Numbered from the whole stretch's first letter, positions 1 through 11,112 are shown. The stretch is 63,943 nt of DNA, filler included, from Octopus bimaculoides (GCF_001194135.2; 8 parts of 7 records of this genome joined end to end with filler, not necessarily neighbours in it); one strand, 5' to 3'. Notes: generated from the letters alone by a model not told the origin. Numbers and translations: made by a program.

Positions 1-185
1 GCGTCATACAGTCTGCCTTTTACTCTGAGTGAGAGTCCCTTTGTCGCCAGCAGAGGTAAGGGCTCTCTGAACCTTGCCCAGGCTATTCTTATTCTAGCAG
101 CTACACTTTCAGCGCACCCACCGCCGCTACTAACTTGGTTACCCAGATAGCGGAAGCTATCAACTACCTCTAGTTTTTCTCCCTG
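1..185 (-). mobile_element. RTE-clade LINE reverse-transcriptase fragment (runs off the window's left edge)
   Basis: Minus-strand translation QGEKLEVVDSFRYLGNQVSSGGGCAESVAARIRIAWARFREPLPLLATKGLSLRVKGRLYDA, a typical RTE RT C-terminal segment (FxYLG motif). It continues directly the sequence cut by the gap at 52951 in the other RTE copy. Confidence 0.9.
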
Positions 186-188
186 GTC

Positions 189-365
189 TCTTTCACTTGA
201 CTACAGCCATGCTGGAGCACAGCCTTTAGTTGAACAAATCGACCCCAGGACTTATTTTTTGTATGCCTAGTACTTATTCTATGTCTTTTTTCCGAACCGT
301 TAATTTACAGAGATGTAAACACACCAACATCGGTTGTCAAGTGATGGTGGTGGGACAAACACCGA
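189..365 (-). mobile_element. SINE family A, 3' half
   Basis: Matches the recurring motif cagccatgctggagcaccgcctttagtcgaacaaatcgaccccaggacttatt...gtaaacacaccaacatcggttgtcaag found in many other copies in the window. Confidence 0.85.
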
Positions 366-390
366 CACACACACACACATATATATATAT

Positions 391-820
391 TTAACAGAAG
401 AAAAAGAAAATGAAGATTGGGAAGTTAATAATTGTTCATTGTTAACAACAAATTAATCATCTTCACTTACAGATGTTTCAATTGCTACTCGGTAAATATC
501 AAATTTATATTTATATGACCTGAGCATAATATCTTCAGAGGAAAGAGATATATTATTGAATGTCATATATGTGTTTATGGATTCATTACAGCAGTCACAT
601 TATAGCAGATTCATTATAGCAGTCTGTTATAATGAATCCATAAATACATATACAATATCCAAGGGTATATCTTTTCCCTCTGAAGATATGCTCAGGTTAT
701 ATAAATATAAATTTATATGACCTGAGTATTAATTGAAACAGTTGAAAGTGAAGATAATTAATTTCCTGTTAATGATAAACAATTAACTTCCCAATCTCCA
801 TTTTCTTTTTCTTCTTTTAA
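391..820. repeat. ~430-bp foldback (palindromic) element carrying a decayed hammerhead core on each arm
   Basis: Left end ttaacagaagaaaaagaaaatgaagattgggaagttaat is the reverse complement of the right end attaacttcccaatctccattttctttttcttcttttaa; complementarity continues to about 600-625. CTGAAGA...GAAAC at 680-739 (+) and 475-538 (-). Confidence 0.85.
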
Positions 821-1475
821 ATGAATATAAATTATATGCTTTTATATATACCTATTATTTTAAGGAAATTAATTCCCCCAAAATACTAGGTACTGAACTA
901 GTATTTCCTTGGATGAAACCATCCCTTCATGAGGTTAACACAACCTCTAATTAAATCATACATATACATATATNNNNNNNNNNNNNNNNNNNNNNNNNNN
1001 NNNNNNNNNNNNNNNNNNNNNNNNNNNNNNNNNNNNNNNNNNNNNNNNNNNNNNNNNNNNNNNNNNNNNNNNNNNNNNNNNNNNNNNNNNNNNNNNNNNN
1101 NNNNNNNNNNNNNNNNNNNNNNNNNNNNNNNNNNNNNNNNNNNNNNNNNNNNNNNNNNNNNNNNNNNNNNNNNNNNNNNNNNNNNNNNNNNNNNNNNNNN
1201 NNNNNNNNNNNNNNNNNNNNNNNNNNNNNNNNNNNNNNNNNNNNNNNNNNNNNNNNNNNNNNNNNNNNNNNNNNNNNNNNNNNNNNNNNNNNNNNNNNNN
1301 NNNNNNNNNNNNNNNNNNNNNNNNNNNNNNNNNNNNNNNNNNNNNNNNNNNNNNNNNNNNNNNNNNNNNNNNNNNNNNNNNNNNNNNNNNNNNNNNNNNN
1401 NNNNNNNNNNNNNNNNNNNNNNNNNNNNNNNNNNNNNNNNNNNNNNNNGACTCGTATCTCGAATGTTGTCTGGTC

Positions 1476-1557
1476 ATTCTGCTGATGATAGTCCGACCTT
1501 TTGTGAGATATATAATTTTTATCTTACTAAAATTGACTTGAAACCATGGTACAGAAT
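1476..1557 (+). ncRNA. Minimal type-I hammerhead ribozyme motif (PLE/retrozyme type)
   Basis: ATTCTG / CTGATGA / t-AGTC...GACT-t / GAAA / CCATGG-TA / CAGAAT: perfect 6-bp helix I, extended helix II, palindromic helix III ACCATGGT, GUA cleavage triplet (site after 1551). Confidence 0.75.
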
Positions 1558-1794
1558 ATAGATCGGTAAATGTTTTTATTTTTCATTCCCTTTCGAAATT
1601 ATCCCTACTTTTTGTGGTATGTAGTCTTGCTGCTATTTCTAGCGGGTTAGATGTCCTATTACAGGCATCTCTGTATTTTAAATGAATAACACATAGTCTA
1701 TTGACTGGTTTTTTTCCCTCGCTAGACCACTGGTGGTAAAATAAAATTTCTAAAATTTTCTTTGCTACCCTGTATTTTATTAATATATATATAT

Positions 1795-1955
1795 ACGACC
1801 AGCTTTTTTCAGTTTCTGTCTACCAAATCCACTCACAAGTCTTTGGTCGATTTGAGGCTATAGCAGAAGACACTTGCCCAAGGTGCTACACAGTGGGACT
1901 GAACCCAGAACCATGTGGTTAGGAAGCAAGCTTCATACCACACAGCCATGCTTGC
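1795..1955 (-). mobile_element. SINE family A, tRNA-like 5' half
   Basis: Reverse complement reads ...gaagcttgcttcc.aaccacatggttctgggttcagtcccactgtgtagcaccttgggcaagtgtc, with a B-box-like GGTTCAGTCCC. Confidence 0.85.
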
Positions 1956-2040
1956 GCTTTATTTATATATATATATTTACACACACACACACACACACAG
2001 GCACGCATGCACGCACACATGCACACACACACACATAGTG

Positions 2041-2341
2041 GAGGTGCATGGCCTAGTAGTTAGAGCAGCAGACTTGCGGTTGAGAGATCACGGATTCGAA
2101 TCTCAAATTGGGCGATGTATGTGTTTATGAGCAAAACACCTAAGCTCCATGCGGCTCCGGCAGAAAGTAATGGTAAACTTCTACTGACTCTTTTGCCACA
2201 ACTTTCTCTCACTCTTTCCTCCTGCATTTAGCAGCTCACTTGTGATGGACTAGCATCTCGTCCAGGTGGGGAACCTATATGCCAATGAAACTGGGAAAAC
2301 TGGCCCTCATGAGCTAGGTATGGCTCGGGAAAGAACAAACG
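2041..2341 (+). mobile_element. tRNA-derived SINE, family C head with a different central domain and tail
   Basis: A-box tggcctagtagttagagc, B-box-like ggattcgaatctc; head shared with 36098 and 50579; central gatggactagcatctcgtccagg resembles the V-type SINE domain. Confidence 0.8.
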
Positions 2342-2357
2342 ACACATACATATATAT

Positions 2358-3087
2358 AGTTGTAAAATCTCAAGAAGAGATCAAAGTTATAACTATACTA
2401 ACAAATAAAGTTTCTCACCACATCAAAGTGGCTCTTCCATGTTACTACTAGTTTAATCCCAGGCAGATCTTCTGCTAGCTGGTTATCGGTGTGGTGCAGC
2501 ACTTTGTATATATAATATATATATTGCTAGTAGGAGGAGCGAACCCCTACCATCCTGTAGTAGACAATAGGATCACGAGAGTGACTCAGTTTCAAGCTGG
2601 TTGGCTCATCTTCAGTTGCGAGTACCTGGTTGCAAGAGTGATAACCAGGGTCCGCTCCAGCCAGCAATATATTTTAAACAAAGCAACCATTGGTCACTGA
2701 TTTGCAACAAGCAAAATAGCTAGTTGTAAAATCTCAAGAAGAGATCAGAGTAGTAACTATACTAACAAGTAAAGTTAATCATCACATCAAAGTGGCTGTT
2801 CCATGCTATTACTCGTTTAACCCCAGGCAGACCTTCAGTCAGCTAGTTATTAGTGTATTGGTGTGACACTGCACCCTGTATATACAATGACAATGAGCCA
2901 ACTGAGTTAGAATCATAATCCTCTTGTCTGTTAAAGGATGGTAGGGGTTCGTTCCCCCTACTAACAATACATTTTGTATATACAGGGTGCAGCACTGCAC
3001 TGATAACCAGCTGGCAGAAGATCTGCCTGGGGTTAAACTAGTAATAACATGAAACAGCCACTTTGATGTAGTGATTAACTTTACTAA
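2358..3087. repeat. Three copies of one repeat unit: two direct (about 2358-2630 and 2721-2885) and one inverted (about 2890-3087)
   Basis: agttgtaaaatctcaagaagagatca occurs at 2358 and 2721; cacatcaaagtggct...cccaggcaga (+) versus tctgcctgggg...agccactttgatgt (inverted copy). Confidence 0.85.
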
Positions 3088-3094
3088 TTATCCT

Positions 3095-5960
3095 CATCAT
3101 CATCATCATCGTTTAACGTCTGCTTTCCATGCTAGCATGGGTTGGACGTGGACTGGCAAGCCAGAAGGCTGCACCAGGCTTCAATCTGATCTGGCAGAGT
3201 TTCTACAGCTGGATGCCCTTCCTAACGCCAACCACTCCGAGAGTGTAGTGGGTGCTTTTACGTGCCACCGGCACGAGGGCCAGTCACACGGTACTGGCAA
3301 CAGCCACGCTCAAAAAGGTGTTTTTTACGTGCCACCTACATGGGAGCCAGTCCAGCGGCACTGGCAACAACCTCGCTCGAATGATTTTCTAACGTGCCAC
3401 CAGCACAAGTGCTAGAAGGCAACGCTGGTAATGATTACGCTCAAATGGTGCTATTTACGGGTAACTAGCATGGAAGCCAGACAGCTGCTCTGGCAATGAA
3501 CATGCTTGGACAGTGCTGTTAGTGCTCCACTGGCGCAGGTGCCAGTCATCGAGTATGGTTCAATTACGATTTCGATTTCACGTGCCCTGACAGGTCTTCG
3601 CAAGCAGAGTTTAGTGTCCAATGAAGGAGAGGTTGGCATGGGTTCCAGTCGTCGGATTTGGTTCGATTTCGATTTCAGATTTCAAATTCCAAATTCACTT
3701 GCCTCAACAGGCCTTTGCAAGCAGGGTTTTTAGTGTCCAATGAAGTAAAGATACGAATTAGTGAGCTGGCTACACTTCTGGCAGAGGTCACAGATTATGC
3801 TCTCACTTGCCTTGCCGGGTCTTCTCACGTACTGCATATTTCCAAAGGTCCTGGTCACTGGTCATTGCCTCAGTAAGGCCTAAAGTTTGAAGGTCATGCT
3901 TCACCACCTCATCCCAGGTCTTCTAGGGTCTACCTCTTCCACAGATTCCCTCAACATCTAGGGTGTGGCACTTTTCCCCATAGCTATCCTCATCCATTCT
4001 TGCCACATGTCCATACCAGCGCAATCGTCTCTTTTGCACACCACATCTGATACTTCTCAGGTCTAACTTTTCTCTCAAGGTACTTACACTCTGTCGAGCA
4101 TGCACACTGACATTACACATCCATTGGAGCATACTGGCTTCATTTCTTGCAAGTAACCTTTACCTTTGTAGCAGTTGACTATGGTGCTGCTACACCAGTC
4201 ATTGAGTATGACTCCTTTGTGTATCACCTGATTAACTATATGGGTGACTAGGCTATAGCCGACACTGCCAGATATTTTGAGCATCTCTGCAGTGATTCCT
4301 GATGGGCCGGGGGCTTTACCTGTCTTCATACTCTTGATCGCTTTATCTACCAAGGTACTCTCAATTAGAATAGCTGGTCCCTCTGTTGCATCGACATGCG
4401 GCAGGCTCTCTTCCTCCCATTCATTCTCTTTATTAAGCAGCCTTTCATAGTGGCTTCTCCAAACCTCTCTCTTTCCAGCCTTGTTTAGTGCAAGTGAGCC
4501 ATCATCCAAGCGGAGACATTTCTCTCCTACGACATCATGATTCTCTCTCATACACTGTCTTTGGTCCTCACGACGCAGAACATTGGCAAATTTGTTCTTA
4601 TCTGCTTCCCCTCTGGCTAAGTAAACCTGTCTCCTAGCTTCCCTTCTGGCAGTCTGATACAATTCCCTGCTACCTCCATTCTTCCAGTCCTTCCAANNNN
4701 NNNNNNAATTCCCTGCTACCTCCATTCTTCCAGTCCTTCCAAGCCTGTTTCTTTTGTCTAATAGCCCTGTCAACTACATTGTTCCACCACCACGTTACTT
4801 TGGGTCGAAAGGGGACTTTGCACCAGCCACAGATCTGGTCGGTGGCTCTCAACAGGTTGTCCCGTAGAAACCTCCAATTGTCTTCCACGTTGTGTGATGC
4901 TATATCCCCTTCTATTTTGTCAAATGCTTGAAGTAAGACATTTCTAAATCTCTGTTCATTTGCAGGATCTTTAAGCTTCCAAACCCTTCTCCTCCAAGCT
5001 GGTCTACTTCTGGGCATCCATTTAGCCTTGATCCCGAAGTCGCTAACTACTAATCTGTGTTGAGGGATACATTCTTCGCCTGGGAAGGTTTTGGCATTTA
5101 TAAGCTGTCCTCTTTCCCTATTTCTGGCGAGGATGTAATCGATTTGGCTAGTGTGTCTGCCAGAATGGTAGGTGACTAGGTGACAGGCAGGTTTCCTGAA
5201 GTTGGTATAGCAAACCATAAGATCATTTGCATCACAGAACTGCAGCAGTCTGGTTCCCGCCTTATTGCGGGAACTGAAGCCATAGCCTCCATGTACGCCA
5301 TGGAAGCCCCCTGCATATTGTCCAACATAACCATTGAAATCACCAGCCTCAAAGAGAATGTCCCGGTCATTCGTCAATGAGGTAGTTTGCAACAGGGTTA
5401 CATAGAATTGTTCTTTCTGCCTATCCAGTAGCCACAGTTGAGGGGCATAGGCCAAGATGACGATAGCTAACCTATGGTGAAGCACTAGTCTAATCTTAAG
5501 TACTCTGTCACATACTCTGACTACNNNNNNNNNNNNNNNNNNNNNNNNNNNNNNNNNNNNNNNNNNNNNNNNNNNNNNNNNNNNNNNNNNNNNNNNNNNN
5601 NNNNNNNNNNNNNNNNNNNNNNNNNNNNNNNNNNNNNNNNNNNNNNNNNGACGTTGAGAGTGCCCATTCTGAGAGTGTGGGAGGTGTGGGCCTGTGAGAC
5701 TCTGGGATGAGGGAAAGCAGTGTCCTGTACCTGAAAAGAAAGCTTGCATTTGGCAGAATTCATAAACAAAACAATGCCTACAACCTGCATACACTACACC
5801 ATCTTTATGCGCTATAAGATCGATAAAACCCTGGGTAGGGGAGGGGATGGCATTAGGCCCCTAGAAGTGTTTGCGGGAGACAACCAAGGATGACAGAGGA
5901 TAAGAACTTCCGGTACTGGTGGAGGGGGTGGGTGGCAGGTATAACGCGAACCAGTAAGTT
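3095..5960 (-). mobile_element. Near full-length RTE-clade LINE (AP endonuclease + RT, RT core deleted), decayed
   Basis: ORFs 4670-5794, 4084-4773 and 3923-4132 give an APE domain (GTLNV, AGDFNG, SQIDYIL), the RTE linker (WWWNNVVDRAI, GKAPGPSG, CYKGKG) and the C-terminus (RRLRWYGHV). (GAT)n 3' tail at 3095-3110. About 85-90% similar by eye to the copy at 52951-55795. Confidence 0.95.
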
Positions 5961-6180
5961 TAAAGGGAGAGTCACTTCTGCACTTTTCTACTATGGTAGA
6001 CAAATTCGGAAAGATGTAAAGAGAATGAGTTAAAGGAACGATAAACATGAATAAAGTTAAGAAAAATAAATAAATAAAGTGTGGCAATTAAAAGGAATGC
6101 ATTATATATGTGACTGGGAAACAAGCTTCTTACCACACTGCCATGCACCATGGCCACAATCTAATGACTGAAACAAGTAA

Positions 6181-6614
6181 AATTGATAAGGAAGACAGAG
6201 TGTACTGTAAGCTTTATTTAGCATAATGATCATATTGGCTTACATTGGCACTGTTCCCTAGTGGGTGGTGAATGATATAATGGAATTGAATGCACCCATC
6301 AATTCAGAAGAAACCACATCAAGTTACATAATATGTACATTTCATACATACCAAACATCCTGCCTCAGTAATGGATTTTGAACTACAATAAACACACACA
6401 TCATAATAACACCATCCTGCCACACACAGTAGTGAAATGTATGTATTATAATACTGTAATGTATTATGTAACCTGATGAAGTTTCTTTTGCACTGTAGGA
6501 TGCATTCAATTCCATTATATTGTTCCCCACCCACTAGGGAGCAGTGCAGATGTAACATGAAACGATTGTTTTGCTAAATAAAGCTTATGGTACACTCTGT
6601 CTTCCTTATCAATT
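6181..6614. repeat. ~434-bp foldback element with ~170-bp imperfect inverted arms
   Basis: aattgataaggaagacagagtgtactgtaagctttatttagca versus tgctaaataaagcttatggtacactctgtcttccttatcaatt; internal arm match ccctagtgggtgg...ataatggaattgaatgca / tgcattcaattccattat...ccacccactaggg. Confidence 0.9.
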
Positions 6615-6808
6615 ATTTAAAATATACTAAACATGCACTGAGGAATTCATTACATAGATCTAGTAACTAAAGTGCAGTACTCCAGATGATGCTTGGTAGC
6701 CATATGTAGTGAACATGCTCTCAAGGCACATTACTAGGAACACACCAAAAACAAGGTTTGGATAGCACATTTTAAAGTTTCCCATCTAAACTTTAATTTT
6801 AAACATAA

Positions 6809-6839
<31 letters not shown>

Positions 6840-7780
6840 NNNNNNNNNNNNNNNNNNNNNNNNNNNNNNNNNNNNNNNNNNNNNNNNNNNNNNNNNNNNN
6901 NNNNNNNNNNNNNNNNNNNNNNNNNNNNNNNNNNNNNNNNNNNNNNNNNNNNNNNNNNNNNNNNNNNNNNNNNNNNNNNNNNNNNNNNNNNNNNNNNNNN
7001 NNNNNNNNNNNNNNNNNNNNNNNNNNNNNNNNNNNNNNNNNNNNNNNNNNNNNNNNNNNNNNNNNNNNNNNNNNNNNNNNNNNNNNNNNNNNNNNNNNNN
7101 NNNNNNNNNNNNNNNNNNNNNNNNNNNNNNNNNNNNNNNNNNNNNNNNNNNNNNNNNNNNNNNNNNNNNNNNNNNNNNNNNNNNNNNNNNNNNNNNNNNN
7201 NNNNNNNNNNNNNNNNNNNNNNNNNNNNNNNNNNNNNNNNNNNNNNNNNNNNNNNNNNNNNNNNNNNNNNNNNNNNNNNNNNNNNNNNNNNNNNNNNNNN
7301 NNNNNNNNNNNNNNNNNNNNNNNNNNNNNNNNNNNNNNNNNNNNNNNNNNNNNNNNNNNNNNNNNNNNNNNNNNNNNNNNNNNNNNNNNNNNNNNNNNNN
7401 NNNNNNNNNNNNNNNNNNNNNNNNNNNNNNNNNNNNNNNNNNNNNNNNNNNNNNNNNNNNNNNNNNNNNNNNNNNNNNNNNNNNNNNNNNNNNNNNNNNN
7501 NNNNNNNNNNNNNNNNNNNNNNNNNNNNNNNNNNNNNNNNNNNNNNNNNNNNNNNNNNNNNNNNNNNNNNNNNNNNNNNNNNNNNNNNNNNNNNNNNNNN
7601 NNNNNNNNNNNNNNNNNNNNNNNNNNNNNNNNNNNNNNNNNNNNNNNNNNNNNNNNNNNNNNNNNNNNNNNNNNNNNNNNNNNNNNNNNNNNNNNNNNNN
7701 NNNNNNNNNNNNNNNNNNGAAGTTTTATTTTAGGCTAAAATGGTACTCTAACTTTAAAATAATTTAGTGTTAAATGAGGT

Positions 7781-9278
7781 ATCTATTAAAATTATCATTA
7801 AAAATCAATTGAATAATAAAAAAAATACAAGAATACTTATTTATTCCAAACAATGATATAAAATCGTAAACAAAGTAAAAAAAGTAAAAAATATATACTA
7901 AAGGTGGTGCTCCAGCATGGCCACAGTCAAAAGACTGAAACAAGTAAAAGAGTAAAAGAGTAATCAAAATGTTATTATATTTCAAACTGAAACTTAGACA
8001 TAAAAGTCAGAACTCGAGGTTAATTAGAAATAAAAATATTAATGAAAAAATTATTATGAATGAAAGATTAAGCTTAATATAGCTTAAGTCATAATAAAAA
8101 AACCCATTAACGATACTATAAAGAAAGAAAGAAATCGATTAAAAATAATCTTTAAAAATCAATTGAATAATATAAAAATACAAGAATATATATTATTTTC
8201 AAACAATGATATATAGTTGTTTAACAAATTAAATGTTATACTTATCCAAATGCTGTCGTAATTCAAACTGAAGCTTAGACGTTTAACTAAGATGTATAGC
8301 ATTTATTAGAAAGAGGTCACGTGAAAATACTACATTAAGATAGAGAATATAATATGAAAACATGAATGAAAGAATAATTCTTAAAATAATGAATGAAAGA
8401 TTTAAACTTTATATAACTTACAAAATAAAAAACCCAGCTATCTTAAAAAACATATTAATGAATTTTAAATTCTAATAAATAATAAATTTTGAATAATGAT
8501 ACTAAGAAACATAAATTAAATAATAAATATGAAATAATCTAAAATACTATTATTAAATTAATCTTGTAAAAATCGTAGTGTCATTACTATATAAATCCTT
8601 AAACTCACTAAAATATTAACCTACCATCATCATCATCATCATCATCATCGTTTAACGTCCGCTTTCCATGNNNNNNNNNNNNNNNNNNNNNNNNNNNNNN
8701 NNNNNNNNNNNNNNNNNNNNNNNNNNNNNNNNNNNNNNNNNNNNNNNNNNNNNNNNNNNNNNNNNNNNNNTATATATATATATACATACACATATATATA
8801 CATACACATATACATACATACATATAAATAACAAAAATAAATATATATATACTTATATATACTCACTTGTATATACATATATACACACAACATACACAGA
8901 CATATATACACAGAAACACATATATATACATTTACAAATACATACGTAAATATATATACATACACACATATATATACCTACTATCACATATAGACTAAAG
9001 TACACACATTCACATATATACTTTTATTATGACTTAAGCTATATTAAGCTTAATCTTTCATTCATAATAATTTTTTCATTAATATTTTTATTTCTAATTA
9101 ACCTCGAGTTCTGACCTTTATGTCTAAGTTTCAGTTTGAAATATAATAACATTTTGATTAGTATATATTTTTTACTTTTTTTACTTTGTTTACGATTTTA
9201 TATCATTGTTTGGAATAAATAAGTATTCTTGTATTTTTTTTATTATTCAATTGACTTTTAATGATAATTTTAATAGAT
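7781..9278. repeat. Near-identical inverted duplication (7781-8098 versus 9022-9278); the left arm carries a 62-bp SINE-tail insertion
   Basis: The right arm is the reverse complement of the left except for 7901-7962 (aaggtggtgctccagcatggcc...gtaaaagagta). Confidence 0.85.
8630..8670 (-). mobile_element. RTE 3' terminus with (GAT)n tail, cut by a gap
   Basis: catcatcatc...gtttaacgtccgctttccatg is nearly identical to the 3' end at 3095-3130. Confidence 0.8.
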
Positions 9279-10075
9279 NNNNNNNNNNNNNNNNNNNNNN
9301 NNNNNNNNNNNNNNNNNNNNNNNNNNNNNNNNNNNNNNNNNNNNNNNNNNNNNNNNNNNNNNNNNNNNNNNNNNNNNNNNNNNNNNNNNNNNNNNNNNNN
9401 NNNNNNNNNNNNNNNNNNNNNNNNNNNNNNNNNNNNNNNNNNNNNNNNNNNNNNNNNNNNNNNNNNNNNNNNNNNNNNNNNNNNNNNNNNNNNNNNNNNN
9501 NNNNNNNNNNNNNNNNNNNNNNNNNNNNNNNNNNNNNNNNNNNNNNNNNNNNNNNNNNNNNNNNNNNNNNNNNNNNNNNNNNNNNNNNNNNNNNNNNNNN
9601 NNNNNNNNNNNNNNNNNNNNNNNNNNNNATTATTTTGATATTTTAATAATATTTTTCTATCTTAATATATATAATAAGTATTTTATATACATTCATTTGT
9701 TATTTATTGTTGGTTGATATATACATTTATTTATTATCATTGTTGTATTTTGACCAGAAGATTAGCTATATTTTTTACTAGAATTGATTTTTGATAGTTT
9801 TAATCGGTTTAAATTTCTTTCTATTTGAAAATTGGTTATGCAACACGTGTAGTCATTTTATTATCTTGATCTTATGATATTTACTTTGTATTATATTATA
9901 CTTATTTATTGTGCTTTTAATTATTAATTTTTTCTATAAGTGACAGTGGATTTTCATCGATGAGTTCATGAACATTGGTTCTTTTCCCTAAAACTATATA
10001 TTTATATATATATATGTATATATGTATGTGTGTTATGTGTAAATAAATATATATATAATATATATTTATAATATA

Positions 10076-10927
10076 TAGGGTGCAATGGGTAAATTGTCAC
10101 CATTTTATATTTTAAATTTCATGAATGCATATTGTTTGTTTTTGATTTTGTTGACTACATAATATAGTAAGGTCAGTTGGGCACCATCTATGAGAAAAAT
10201 AGCATCATGGCACAATTGACTATGCCAGAAATTTAGAAACAACATGCTGTACTGCTTGGCATTTGCACTAGAAGTGATAAAATCATGCTGGAAGTGATAA
10301 AATCATGCCGAGAGTGATAAAAATCAAACATCCATTCAACATCATGGTGTTTAGAGTGATCACTAGTGATGGCCACGTTATACCTCCATTCATTTTCCCA
10401 CACGGCCTCAGACTCAACATGTAGGCCTACATCAGCTGCCTGGAGGAGGTAGCATTGTCCTGAGTCAAGAGGGTGGCTGCTGCAACATCCTATGTCTGGC
10501 AATAGGATACTGCACTTTGCCACACAAACAGGAGAACCCAGTCACAGCTGTCCGACAATTTCTGTGATCACATCACCCCTAACATCTGGTCACCTAACTA
10601 CCCACACTGCAACCCCCTTGATTATTATGTGTGGGGTGCAGTTAATTGAGAGACCAACAAAACTCCTTGTAACACTAAAGATGAACTGAAGGCTAGGATT
10701 ATGGCAGCATTCACCAATTTAAACAATGAGATTGTCCAGAAGAGTTGCAGAAGATTCCAAAGTCATCTGGAAGCCGTGGTTGAAGCCAATGGTGATTTTA
10801 TCGAATAAATTTAATCTAGTATTTCAAGATATTTTTATGTAATTTTGGTAAATATATGTTAAAATGAGATGTCAGTGTTATTTTCATTTTTGCATAATTT
10901 AGACAACAGTTTATTCATCACACCCTG
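10076..10927 (+). mobile_element. Internally deleted Tc1/mariner-superfamily DD37D (maT-type) element
   Basis: Decayed TIRs (tagggtgcaatgggtaaattgtcacc; right end reverse complement cagggtgtgatgaataaactgttgtc). C-terminal transposase YVWQ*DTALCH...WSPNYPHCNPLDYYVWG with 37 residues between the second and third D. Confidence 0.85.
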
Positions 10928-10980
10928 TGTATATATNNNNNNNNNNNNNNNNNNNNNNNNNNNNNNNNNNNNNNNNNNNN

Positions 10981-10992
10981 TTAATTAATTAA
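10981..10992. other. Assembly spacer TTAATTAATTAA (also 32412, 48047, 50523, 52895, 57146, 62529)
   Basis: A palindromic 12-mer with stops in all six frames, centred in N44-12-N44 (100 bp) gaps at the sites counted. Confidence 0.95.
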
Positions 10993-11075
10993 NNNNNNNN
11001 NNNNNNNNNNNNNNNNNNNNNNNNNNNNNNNNNNNNTCCCCTCTGTGTTGAGCCCTGTGTGGCTAATAAAGAAAC

Positions 11076-11112
<37 letters not shown>

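Noticed and set aside
4661-4742. 36-bp direct repeat (aattccctgctacc...ttccaa) inside the RTE
   Set aside because: The copies flank a 10-N gap and the second RTE copy has only one; this is an unmerged contig overlap.
5800-6000. Possible HDV-like ribozyme at the RTE 5' end (known for some RTEs)
   Set aside because: I could not fit the nested double-pseudoknot pairings by eye; only G-rich tracts are visible. An RNArobo or Infernal search would be needed.
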